Positions 9,791 to 19,746 of a stretch of DNA of 64,000 nucleotides are shown piece after piece. The DNA is taken from assembly GCA_963843555.1 (NCBI GenBank), contig CAWJKV010000002.1, positions 64,001 to 128,000 of the forward strand, written 5' to 3'. Under the pieces are notes generated by a model. That model saw only the letters and a list, made by a program, of their open reading frames with translations, did not search any database and was not told where the DNA came from. This stretch comes from an uncultured Methanosarcinales archaeon. GTDB lineage: Archaea > Halobacteriota > Methanosarcinia > Methanotrichales > Methanotrichaceae. Made by a program: the position numbers and the translations under genes. Position 1 is the first letter of the stretch, and the number at the start of each line of letters is the position of its first letter.

Positions 9791-10741
9791 TTGAGGTTGC
9801 AGGAATTGACGATATCCGAAATCCTTTCATTATGGAACGAAACACAAGCTAAGAAAGCAATTGTTGATTACGTAAATGCCGTCACGGATCCCAAGAACGC
9901 TGATTTTGTGCCGGAGGCCGAACGAATTGCCGTGTTCGACAACGATGGTACATTATGGTGCGAAAAACCAATGTACATCCAACTCGATTTTATCTTGCGG
10001 CGTTGGGTGGAAATGGCGAATGAGAATCCCGTGCTGCGTGAACAGCAGCCGTGGAAGGCAGCTGTTGAAAAAGATTACGCATGGCTTGGCAATGTCGTCA
10101 TGAAACACTATCGTGGTGATGACAGCGATATCCCAGTCGTGATGAAAGGATTGCTCACCGCTTTTGAAGGTGTCACGATTGAGGACCTTTCAGAACGCGC
10201 CGGGAATTTCTTGCGAACACAGTCGCATCCGACGCTGAAACGGTTATATCGTGAATGCGGTTACGCGCCAATGATCGAATTGCTGCGCTATCTCGAAGCC
10301 AACGGTTTTACCAACTATATCGTGTCGGGCGGCGGACGCGATTTTATGCGTCCAATCAGCGAGGAGCTCTATGGCATTCCACCGGAACGCGTGATCGGCA
10401 GCAGTTTTTCACTCGCCTATCGCGAAAACGGCGATGGCGGCGATGTGCTTGCGCAGCCTCACCTCGACGTGCTGGACGACGGTCCCGTGAAACCCACGCG
10501 AATCTGGAGTCGCATCGGGAAACGTCCAATTCTCGCGGCAGGAAATACGAACGGTGATATACAGATGCTCCAATTCGCCAACAAGCCGCCGCGACCCGCC
10601 TTGCGGTTACTCGTCTTGCACGATGACGCAAAGCGCGAATTTGATTACGTAGAGGGGGCGGAAAAATCTCTGCAGCTCGCAAAACAATACGGCTGGACGA
10701 TCATCAGCATTAAAAACGATTGGAAGACTGTTTTTTCGTAG
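9791..10741 (+). CDS. HAD-family hydrolase (nonspecific acid phosphatase-like)
   Basis: RIAVFDNDGTLWCEKPMY, IVSGGGRDFMR, GNTNGDIQML and HDDAKREFDY. Confidence 0.9.
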   Translation: MRLQELTISEILSLWNETQAKKAIVDYVNAVTDPKNADFVPEAERIAVFDNDGTLWCEKPMYIQLDFILRRWVEMANENPVLREQQPWKAAVEKDYAWLGNVVMKHYRGDDSDIPVVMKGLLTAFEGVTIEDLSERAGNFLRTQSHPTLKRLYRECGYAPMIELLRYLEANGFTNYIVSGGGRDFMRPISEELYGIPPERVIGSSFSLAYRENGDGGDVLAQPHLDVLDDGPVKPTRIWSRIGKRPILAAGNTNGDIQMLQFANKPPRPALRLLVLHDDAKREFDYVEGAEKSLQLAKQYGWTIISIKNDWKTVFS

Positions 10742-10995
10742 TGTAAGAGAGGAACGTATGCAATCCAATGACGGAGGGATATTGAGCTGCTGCTATATTC
10801 CGGCAGAATTGATGTTTCATATCCCTCTGTTTCCTGCTCTTGCTTTTCGAGTTATTTAAAGATGACTTTGACGCTAACTCCCACTAAAGAAGTTATGCCA
10901 ATCAAAGCCTTGAATTGGCATGTACCTTCATAATAAGAAAGGGCTGCCATGATATAGAGGGCTAACGGCAATCGAACTTACTGGACCTTTAAATT

Positions 10996-11757
10996 TTAAG
11001 CAGGCTTTGGTCTTAAGATAGGCGAAGCTGTCTGGTCGAAGGGGTTGGTTCTCATTGCCAAGGAGAAGAGGTAGGGATAATTGACATTTAAGTACTTCAT
11101 ATAGTCGAGCCATTCATGCACCAAAAGGCCATAGACTCGTTTGATATCGCCCTGCAAATGCATGAGATCTGTTTGGGGCAAATCTTTCAGGCTGGGTCTG
11201 CTTGCCAGTTCCTCAGATAAGTGAGTGGTAGCCAATAGTATATCTGAAAACGATTCATGTTCTAGCAAGGTTGGGTTCTCTGTGAGTCTGAGGAGAAATT
11301 CACGTTTTCTATCAAGAAAGTCAAGCAAGTATTCTAAATTCACCTTCTCCATATCGATTCCAAAGTTATGACTGTTGAGGTTCTTACCCACTCTCGAAAA
11401 TTCCTGATCCGACCAGCTATCTTTGATTACGAGGCTGGATCTTAGGCTTTCAAGCTCAGGGTCAAGGTTTGAGAGATCGGTAAGCAGCTTGGTGCCAACC
11501 TCGATGAAGAATGTTCCAATAACCATATTCAATTTTTCCATTCGTTTGCGCTTCTCCAAGTAACTAAATATCTTTTCAATGATTAGGGCAACCAAGAGAA
11601 CTTCAAGGGGCAGGAAGGATATTTCTTCCGCCAGTCTTGATAAGATGATGCGTTCATCTCCGAATATGATATATGTAAGAAGATAGAGAAATATTGATAA
11701 TACAACAAGAGATATTGCGAAAAGGACTTGCCACTTCTCGATCTTCAGCCCTGACAT
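10996..11757 (-). CDS. Conserved hypothetical membrane protein
   Basis: Two N-terminal TM segments, then KLNMVIGTFF, LLRLTENPTLLEHESF and YPYLFSLAMRTNPFD, a pattern recalled from uncharacterised methanogen/Firmicutes proteins. Confidence 0.75.
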   Translation of the reverse strand: MSGLKIEKWQVLFAISLVVLSIFLYLLTYIIFGDERIILSRLAEEISFLPLEVLLVALIIEKIFSYLEKRKRMEKLNMVIGTFFIEVGTKLLTDLSNLDPELESLRSSLVIKDSWSDQEFSRVGKNLNSHNFGIDMEKVNLEYLLDFLDRKREFLLRLTENPTLLEHESFSDILLATTHLSEELASRPSLKDLPQTDLMHLQGDIKRVYGLLVHEWLDYMKYLNVNYPYLFSLAMRTNPFDQTASPILRPKPA

Positions 11758-12014
11758 AGAAATATTCCATCATGTGTCCGCTTATTTGAGGATTTCGAAT
11801 ACTCTGATCCAAATCGATCAATCGAAAGAAAAGGGCTCAGCCAAGAGAGCTGGCAAGAAGAGGCTGAAAGAAGATCGAGATACATCCCTTGTCGATTCAT
11901 AACATTTCATACTCTTATGATATCCGCTCAAATATGTATTTAATTGATAGAAGAAAATAGTGATCTAGTTAATAGTCATAGTTAATTGCATAATAGAAAT
12001 AGGAGGAATGAATC

Positions 12015-14393
12015 ATAACAGCGACAAGCAAACCTGAAACACCCAGTCGCACAGTCCTACCGATCCCGGATCGCCCGTTCACGGGGCCGGTCATGTTCGA
12101 CGCCAAGGACCCCAATTCGAAATTCCCGCCGATCGAGCCACTGCGGCCGCCAAAGGGCGCGCCCAACGTGCTCCTGATCCTGCTGGACGATGCAGGCTTC
12201 GCGGCGATGAATACGTTCGGCGGTCCGTGCACGACGCCGACCGCCGACCGCCTGGCCGCAGGCGGCCTCACATACAACCGGTTTCACGTCTGCGCTCTCT
12301 GTGCGCCGACCCGTGCGGCGTTGCTCACCGGCCGCAACCATCATGCGGTTGGGATGGGCACGATCACCGAGACCGCGACTTCTGCGCCGGGGTACAACTC
12401 GCTCCGGCCAAAGTCGGCCGCCCCGTTGGCAGAGATCCTGAAGCTGAACGGCTACTCAACTGCCCATATGGGCAAGTGTCATGAGGTGCCGGTCTGGACG
12501 ACGAGCCAGATGGGGCCTTTTGACGGGTGGCCCACGGGCGGCGGCGGCTTCGAGCACTTCTATGGTTTCATCGGCGCGGAAACGGACTACTACAGACCGG
12601 ATCTATACCATGGCACCACCCCGGTAGATCCTCCGAAGACGCCGGAGGAGGGCTACCACTTCGACGATGACCTCGCCACCCGCACGATCGAATGGATACA
12701 GCAGCAGAAGGCGCTCATGCCGGACAAACCGTTCTTCGTCTACCTGGCACCTGGTGGCACACACGCACCGCACTCTGTGCCCAAGGAATGGTCCGACAAA
12801 TACAAGGGCAAATTCGACAAGGGCTGGGACAAGCTGCGCGAAGAGATCTTCGCTCGCCAGAAGAAGCTGGGAGTCATCCCCGCCGACGCCGAGCTCACCC
12901 TGCGACCGCAGGAGATCCCGTCCTGGGAGGATATGCCGGACACGCTGAAGCCGGTCCTGGCGCGGCAGATGGAGGTCTACGCCGGCTACATGGAGCACAC
13001 CGACTACCAGGTGGGCCGGGTGGTCGCCACGCTTGAAGACTTGCAGATCCTCGACGACACGCTGATCATCTACATCACCGGCGACAACGGCGCTTGCGTC
13101 GGGGGTGGGCTGAACGGCACGTTCAACTGGATGATCACGCTCAACGGGGCGGCCGATATAGAGACGCCCGAGTTCATGGTGGAGCGGATAGACAAGTTCG
13201 GCACGCCAGAGGCCCTCAACCACTACGCCGTTGGCTGGGCGCACGCGATGGACACGCCCTACCAGTGGGTGAAGCAAGTCGCCTCGCATTGGGGCGGTAC
13301 CCGCAACGGAACGATCGTGCACTGGCCGAACGGCTTCAAAGCGCGGGGAGAGATCCGCTCCCAGTTCAGTCATGTGATCGACGTGGCGGCGACCGTGCTC
13401 GATGCGGCCGGGATCCCCGAGCCTGCATTCGTGAATGGCGCTCAGCAGACGCCGCTACAGGGCCAGAGCATGGTCCCGTCCTTCGACGACGCAGGTGCGC
13501 CCGAGTTCCGCGAAGTACAGTACTTCGAGATGTTCGGCAACCGCGGCATCTATCATCAGGGCTGGACTGCCTGCACGAAACACGGCACTCCGTGGGTTGC
13601 ATTCCAGGAGCTTCCCCAGCTAGACGACAACGTGTGGGAGCTGTATGGCCCTGACGACTGGACCCAGGCCCACAACCTGGCGAAAGAAATGCCGGAGAAA
13701 TTGCACGAGTTGCAACGTCTGTTCCTGATCGAGGCGGTCCGATACAACGTGCTGCCGATCGATGACCGCAAGATGGTCAAGTTCAATCCCGAGATCGCGG
13801 GGCGTCCGGAGCTGATCCACGGCAACACGCAGATGCTCTATTCCGGCATGCGTGGACTCGGCGAGAACCTCGTCCTCAACGTCAAGAACAAGTCGCACGC
13901 GGTCACCGCCCAGGTCGTCATCCCCGATGGCGGCGCCAAAGGCGTCATCCTCGCTCAGGGAGGAAAGTTCGGAGGTTGGAGCATCTATGCCAAGGAAGGC
14001 CGCCCGACCTACTGCTACAACCTGCTCGGTCTGCAGTACATCAAGATCGAAGGCAAGGATCAGATCCCGGGTGGCGAGCACCAGGTGCGGATGGAGTTTG
14101 CCTATGATGGAGGCGGTCTGGGCAAGGGCGGCACCGTCTCCCTCTACATCGACGGAAAGAAGACCGGCGAGGGACGCGTCGAGCGGAGCACTCCGATGGT
14201 TTTCTCATTGGACGACAAGACCGATGTCGGCAGCGACCGCTGCACGCCGGTCAGCGACGACTATGGCTCTGGCGATTCAGACTTCAACGGCCAAATCAAG
14301 TGGATCCAGATCGACCTCGGCGAGGACGCAAAAGACGCAGACCACCTGATCACGCCGGAGGAGCGTTACCGGATCGCAATAGCCCTGCAATAA
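12015..14393 (+). CDS. Arylsulfatase (Cys-type formylglycine sulfatase)
   Basis: PNVLLILLDD, CAPTRAALLTGRNHH (CxPxR), GKCH, THAPH and GDNG motifs. The frame is open upstream of ATG 12093 to an ATA at 12015 behind AGGAGG. Much more GC-rich than its flanks. Confidence 0.92.
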   Translation: MTATSKPETPSRTVLPIPDRPFTGPVMFDAKDPNSKFPPIEPLRPPKGAPNVLLILLDDAGFAAMNTFGGPCTTPTADRLAAGGLTYNRFHVCALCAPTRAALLTGRNHHAVGMGTITETATSAPGYNSLRPKSAAPLAEILKLNGYSTAHMGKCHEVPVWTTSQMGPFDGWPTGGGGFEHFYGFIGAETDYYRPDLYHGTTPVDPPKTPEEGYHFDDDLATRTIEWIQQQKALMPDKPFFVYLAPGGTHAPHSVPKEWSDKYKGKFDKGWDKLREEIFARQKKLGVIPADAELTLRPQEIPSWEDMPDTLKPVLARQMEVYAGYMEHTDYQVGRVVATLEDLQILDDTLIIYITGDNGACVGGGLNGTFNWMITLNGAADIETPEFMVERIDKFGTPEALNHYAVGWAHAMDTPYQWVKQVASHWGGTRNGTIVHWPNGFKARGEIRSQFSHVIDVAATVLDAAGIPEPAFVNGAQQTPLQGQSMVPSFDDAGAPEFREVQYFEMFGNRGIYHQGWTACTKHGTPWVAFQELPQLDDNVWELYGPDDWTQAHNLAKEMPEKLHELQRLFLIEAVRYNVLPIDDRKMVKFNPEIAGRPELIHGNTQMLYSGMRGLGENLVLNVKNKSHAVTAQVVIPDGGAKGVILAQGGKFGGWSIYAKEGRPTYCYNLLGLQYIKIEGKDQIPGGEHQVRMEFAYDGGGLGKGGTVSLYIDGKKTGEGRVERSTPMVFSLDDKTDVGSDRCTPVSDDYGSGDSDFNGQIKWIQIDLGEDAKDADHLITPEERYRIAIALQ

Positions 14394-14421
14394 CGTCGCG
14401 ACCCATGCGGGTTAGAGTCAA

Positions 14422-14492
14422 TCCAGGCAGCCGCGGATCTCGATCACATAATCACGCCCGATGAACGCATAAGCCTTGCAGGGATCGTAGTA
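14422..14492 (+). pseudogene. Relic 3' end of a second arylsulfatase
   Basis: Translates QAAADLDHIITPDERISLA, resembling the upstream gene's own C-terminus DAKDADHLITPEERYRIA. Confidence 0.55.
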
Positions 14493-14986
14493 AGTGAATT
14501 CATGAACGATAGCCCGGTCTGGGCTGCTGAAAGAGGACTACTGAAAGAGGCTGGCCACAATGCAGGATCGGCTCCTGGATTAGAACTCTTCAGATTTGCC
14601 AAAAAAGAGGGGATAAAGGAATTACCTTCTACGGTTTCACACAGGATAATACGAAGAGGCTTAAGGAGCCGGGTCAAACGCCTTCCAAAGGTCTTGCATA
14701 GAGGCTGTGAAGATGATATCTTGCGAGGATTCCTCGCTACTTTATCATGGGCAACTCGAACTCGCCACTATTCCCAAAGGAGCTATTGACATATACCGAA
14801 AAGGAAAGTCTTCGGATCTGGATCTGTTAGCTAAATTTTTATGAAGCTCTAGATTTGGTACAATGCGCAAGATATAACCCTGGGAAGGAGAATGAAAAAC
14901 CGCAAAAAATTGAGCGTGAATCGGAGTTTCATGAAAACATTAAAAAAATTCTTTTACTTCATGCATCGGATGGCTTAGTCCGAAGG

Positions 14987-14994
14987 ATATAAAG
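14987..14994 (+). promoter_or_regulatory. Possible TATA box for a near-leaderless transcript
   Basis: ATATAAAG with purine-rich bases upstream, about 24 nt before ATG 15018. No RBS visible. Confidence 0.35.
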
Positions 14995-15017
14995 ACATAG
15001 TAAGCCCATCATATATC

Positions 15018-16094
15018 ATGAAAAGATTTCGATTATTAAAGGCCACCCGCCAGAGCACAGAGTACTCCTGCGGTGCGTCAGCTCTGCAGTCAGTTCTAAG
15101 TTATTGGGGAAAGGACTTGGATGAAGAGGAGCTGATGAAGCTGCTCCATACCACTCCGGAAAGCGGCACCTACCCCGAAGATCTAGTAAAAGTTGCCCGC
15201 GGGCTTGGGTTTGAAGCAGAGGTTAAAGAGAATCTCACAATTGATGATGTCGCGGAATCCACAAAGATTGGAAATCCGGTAATCGTACTGGGCCAGGCCT
15301 GGAGAAGCCGGGAAGAATCGGAAAAATCTGTAGCTCACGACTGGGAGGATGGCCATTATGTCGTAATACTGGCAGTTGATAAAGAATATGTCTTTTTCGA
15401 GGATCCCTATGTAAGAATGGGGAAGGGTTTCATGCCCCGCCAGACGTTCGAAGAACACTGGCATAATATCGGCGGAAAGACGCCAACTGATACATCGAAG
15501 CAGATGCATTTGGGAGTGTTCATCAGAGGTAAGAAACCAGTTAAACCCCAATCTCTCCAGCAGATGGATACTTCTAAGTTGGACTTTAGCAAAATTGCTC
15601 CTTTGCAGCTTGTATTCTTTGAATTCAAGGGTGAGGTATTGCCATATGATATTATGGAGGTGGCAAGACCTATATGGGAAAAAGGCTTCATCAGGCCGGC
15701 TGCATTCCTATTCTTGCGCAAAGACATGGAGGGTAAATTAACAGCAATTGAAGGAGGCAACGTGCAAGAAGAGGAGGAAGTGATAGAAATTGATGCGCTG
15801 ATGGCTGTGATGGCTGGTCTGCGTCTGGGTGGTCGTGAGAGCGCCAAAGGCAGGGCAGAAGATGCAGTGAATGCAGCATCTAGAGGAGATTTTGGAGTAT
15901 CGGTGGAGGATATTAAGAAATTTGGGGAGAGGCTTCCCCCTGGCAGCTCAGCCGTGGTTGTGCTCCTTGAGCATCTCTGGGCAACGAAATTAAGGGACAT
16001 AATCCGCAGCTTAGGTGGCGAAGTAGTAAACCAGGAGTTTATTAAGCCGGACACACTGGCCAGGCTACAGGCAAGACTCTCTGAAAAGTTGTAA
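15018..16094 (+). CDS. C39-like cysteine peptidase fused to a DUF1269/DUF6325-like domain
   Basis: N-terminus RQSTEYSCGASALQSVLSYWG..GHYVVILAVD..EDPY. C-terminus LPPGSSAVVVLLEHLWA..IRSLGGEVV. Confidence 0.8.
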   Translation: MKRFRLLKATRQSTEYSCGASALQSVLSYWGKDLDEEELMKLLHTTPESGTYPEDLVKVARGLGFEAEVKENLTIDDVAESTKIGNPVIVLGQAWRSREESEKSVAHDWEDGHYVVILAVDKEYVFFEDPYVRMGKGFMPRQTFEEHWHNIGGKTPTDTSKQMHLGVFIRGKKPVKPQSLQQMDTSKLDFSKIAPLQLVFFEFKGEVLPYDIMEVARPIWEKGFIRPAAFLFLRKDMEGKLTAIEGGNVQEEEEVIEIDALMAVMAGLRLGGRESAKGRAEDAVNAASRGDFGVSVEDIKKFGERLPPGSSAVVVLLEHLWATKLRDIIRSLGGEVVNQEFIKPDTLARLQARLSEKL

Positions 16095-16261
16095 ATCGCA
16101 ATTGGCCGCAAAGAGGAATGAGAAACGAATGACTCGTGCAGATTTGACCCTACCCGGTATACGACGGCACCTCATCAGGCCGAAAGGCTGGATCGTCTTT
16201 CGAGAGTTGCTGGAAAAGGTATTCGCCCGTATTGCCGATCATGAGGCCCTGGGATTGAATT

Positions 16262-16360
16262 CCAATTTATCATCGACGCCAGCATCTGCATATTTCCAGC
16301 CCAGTGCCCCAGCTTCTGCTCCCACAACCATTCCGAATACGGGCACAAAGAAGATGAGAT
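16262..16360 (-). pseudogene. DUF1269-family fragment
   Basis: Minus strand reads LIFFVPVFGMVVGAEAGALGWKYADAGVDDKL, matching the glycine-zipper/GxDD core of DUF1269. Confidence 0.55.
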
Positions 16361-16439
16361 CGATTGCATTTTGTACGCAGGAGTTAGAATGTGGACTGTC
16401 CGCCTTCAGCCTCTTCTAAGTAGGGATTGTGTTCTGGAT

Positions 16440-17818
16440 CATGATATTTTGCGACGTGTCACCCATTGATAGGCGAGGATGAGAAGGAAGAGCCATATCG
16501 CCCCGATGATATAGCTGCCCAGAACATCGCTCGCCCAGTGTGCGCCAAGATATACGCGTGAAGGTCCGATCAGAATGATCAGCGCACCGCAAATGGCGAT
16601 AACGATCACCCGTGTCCATCCAGCAAAATGTATCCATGCGAGATAGGCAAAAAATCCAAAGAAGACGACAAAAAATAGGACATGCCCGCTTGGATAACTG
16701 TATTCGTTGATGCTCTGTATGAATCTCGGGGCATTTTGGTTTAATTTTTATGTTGATATGGTCTCTTAACTGAAAAAGGGATATGAAGGGGCTTGAAATG
16801 AAACTATCAACACTATCGCTTGACCACTTAGGGTTGGTTGCCGCAATATTCGATGCTTTGGGAATTTCAGATGTGATTGATGAATGGATTCCTAAGACTC
16901 GTAACTGCAAACTAAGCCATTCTGCGATAATAAAAGCATTGGTTGTCAACGGATTGGGTTTCGCGGAACGCAGACTGTATATATTTCCAAGCTACTTTGA
17001 AAATTTAGCGCTAGAACGTCTTTTTAATCCTGGTGTAGTTCCGGAAGATTTTAACGAGGATGTTGTCGGCAGAACCCTCGACCGAATCAATAAATTCGGC
17101 TCGACAGCTCTTTTCAATAATATAGCCATGAAATGCATGCAACAGCTCGCTTTTGGCACTAATATCTACCATGTTGATACCACAAGTTTTGGTGTGCATG
17201 GCGATTACGAAGGATTGGACTGCAAGCCTGCTATGGAGATAACTCTCGGTCATCCTAAAGACGGTCGCTGGGATCTAAAACAGTTCATTGTGAGCATGGT
17301 GACCAATCAATGCGGAATTCCTCTCTTTGTCCAGGCTCATTCAGGAAATAAATCGGATAAGAAAACTCTCATTGAGACGATTCAGATGTTCAAGTCTAAC
17401 CTGGACTTCTCCGGAAAGAACTACTTTGCAGCAGATAGCGCCTTCTTCAGTTCCGAGAATATTCGTCTTCTTGGCGACAGCACTCTAAGGGAATGGACGC
17501 GGTCTTTGGATGAGATCCTTCAGCACAAAAGCCAGCAATACGCTGCTGGTCGTGGCAAGCATAAAGATCGCCTCCAGCCATTTGCGACGCATGGCAAAGA
17601 TCAACATAGCGATGGCGGTCAGTGCAAGAGCAAACGCCATTTCACCAAGGTAGCTAACTCCTTCCATTAGCATGTCGAACAATGGGCTCGTCTTTTCCTT
17701 TAACTCCTCGTAGGACTTCTGGTCGAAGGGCAAGACCGGAAACCGGGCTGCAGCATACGAGAGTGATATGGCAAGTGCAAGCATTAACACGAATACGATT
17801 GCGATCTTTCTATTCGAT
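16440..17818 (-). pseudogene. PAP2 phosphatase, duplicate copy split by an IS1634 fragment
   Basis: 16440-16740 and 17484-17818 are near-identical to the 3' and 5' parts of the intact gene at 21963-22598. Confidence 0.9.
16741..17483 (+). mobile_element. IS1634-family transposase fragment (N-terminal half)
   Basis: SLDHLGLVAAIFDALGI, NGLGFAERRLY, HVDTTSF.VHG, GHPKDGRWDLKQF, GNKSDK and ADSAFFS motifs. Breaks off at LLGDS and returns to PAP2 sequence. Confidence 0.88.
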
Positions 17819-18455
17819 GTATCTTCATATATGGGCTCACACTTATTATTCTATTGGCCACCTTTAGCTGCCAAAAATTTTAGGGGCTGCCGGTGGAATC
17901 AACGGATTCCTAAGCTGTGTGCTTCCAAGCCTGTTATGCTCTCTTCCTATGCCCATATACCGCTTATTACCCGCTAATAATTGGTTACAAATGATAAAAT
18001 TGGCACCTGCATCTCGTAGTCCAACGAATCTGAATAAGTCCGGCGACGATATTTATTTAACCCGTCGCGCCGCCAAAAGCAGCCCAACCAGACCAGGCAC
18101 TTGGATTAAGGGGCAGAGAACATGTCAGAAGCAATTTCCTCATAACCAGACATATGCGATATTACATGCTTCTGATCCTTTCGCTATTACGATGAGGATT
18201 TGGTACGGTTGTGAGGCTCAAGCAATTGAAATCACCTTCTATTCTTCTGGCTCCGGTTTAAATCCGATCCAGGATAATGATAGGAATCGCTTAGCCTAAT
18301 ATTTGACCAAAATTGGCAGTTCGAGCGCCTCTAGAATTTGCGAAATATATATCTACTGGCAGCGATATGTGCAATACGCAGCTATCATTGAATTCAAGGA
18401 CATTCACGACAATGAGGACTTGCTATTTATTAATTGGCATTAAGAGGAAGGGTGA

Positions 18456-19703
18456 ATGGAGGGAGTAATTGGGAGTAAACTTCTGCTTGATTGGCAGATG
18501 GCATCCGAAAGTGAGTTGCGAATTGATAAAAAGATAAATATAGCGGCCCATTCATGCACCATCAGACAGCATATTGCATTCCCTATCTGGCACATTATCT
18601 TTTTTATGTACTTTCTGGCAATCATTTCCTTTTCTATGGCATGTCCCGCATTGTGTCAGCCTTCCCAAGGTCAAAGCAATCTGGTACAGACGACCAGTTC
18701 TGGTGGTCCGCTATCCGTCCCAGCTCAATTTTCGGGTGATTGGTACTCAGTTGATGGAGGGCCGGATTTACAGGCTAACCTTGCGCGGTCAAGCGTCTAC
18801 CAGGATGAAAGTACTTCGCTTTTTTTGACATTGATGAACACAGGAAAAGTCACTTCTTTCAAAGCGGTCAGCGAGCCTTCGATGTCGCGGCCGGATGAAG
18901 TGTTCGCGGCGCAGAAGGAACTCCAGCTCGAGGCTCTGAGATCAACTGCTCAGGATGTATCTGTGCAGCTGGTTTCCCAGAATGCAACGGCCATGAACCT
19001 CAAGCGTGAGGTGGCTTATGGGGGCTCTTTGCGAGAAGGACAGGTTTCGTCACCTCTGGAGTTTCCAATAGAGATCTATGAGAATACGGAACCTGGAAAT
19101 TATACACTTTATGCGATTATCAATTACACCTATCAGCAAGATGTCGCAGTCAAGCCCAATAGCGATAATCCTCAGAATCCGGATGTCTTTTACTGGTACA
19201 ATATTGCCAGTAAGACAATTCCTCTCAATTTGCGCGTGGAAGAGAAGAGCCTGGTCGATCTCAAGGCTCAAAGCACATCTCCCGAAGCTCTCAGCGTTGG
19301 ATCAAAGAACAATGTTGTGAATGTCGTAATCCAAAATGTTGGGAATGACACCGGGAAAGATATCATCGCCAGGCTTCGCCCGGAGACAGGAATTTACGTA
19401 GACATGGATGAGTCGCCCATTCCTAGCCTTGGACCTGGCGAGAAAGCGGAGCTGGTTTACAAAGTGGACGTCTCGAAAGACGCCATCGCTGACAAGACAT
19501 ACAGGCTAACGCTGCTCTTTGATTTCTCTGATTCTTATCGGAAGAACTTGGTGGACAGCGATCATATTTATATCACTATTCAGCCCGGTTTATCAGCTCT
19601 TCTCTTTCAATACTGGTGGGTGGTACTGATCGCAGCCGCCATTGTAGGACTGGCGGCTCTGTTATTGATCAAACGCAGGAGGAGCGCTGCCGGGAGCCAT
19701 TGA
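18456..19703 (+). CDS. COG1361-like S-layer/Ig-domain surface protein with C-terminal membrane anchor
   Basis: Signal-like hydrophobic stretch ending ALC-Q, beta-rich Ig-like repeats (NVGNDTGKDI, LGPGE), C-terminal TM followed by KRRR. True start probably downstream of 18456. Confidence 0.75.
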   Translation: MEGVIGSKLLLDWQMASESELRIDKKINIAAHSCTIRQHIAFPIWHIIFFMYFLAIISFSMACPALCQPSQGQSNLVQTTSSGGPLSVPAQFSGDWYSVDGGPDLQANLARSSVYQDESTSLFLTLMNTGKVTSFKAVSEPSMSRPDEVFAAQKELQLEALRSTAQDVSVQLVSQNATAMNLKREVAYGGSLREGQVSSPLEFPIEIYENTEPGNYTLYAIINYTYQQDVAVKPNSDNPQNPDVFYWYNIASKTIPLNLRVEEKSLVDLKAQSTSPEALSVGSKNNVVNVVIQNVGNDTGKDIIARLRPETGIYVDMDESPIPSLGPGEKAELVYKVDVSKDAIADKTYRLTLLFDFSDSYRKNLVDSDHIYITIQPGLSALLFQYWWVVLIAAAIVGLAALLLIKRRRSAAGSH

Positions 19704-19746
19704 GCGAGAAGGCAGTTGTGGTGTACCTTTTGCCAGGGGAGAAGCG

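Noticed and set aside
12227..14349. Many long overlapping alternative-frame ORFs in the sulfatase (and in the eCIS genes)
   Set aside because: Expected shadow ORFs of GC-rich coding DNA, with no recognisable motifs.
16783..17670. Full 295-aa transposase ORF
   Set aside because: The last ~60 codons are antisense PAP2 sequence. The transposase is truncated at about 17483.
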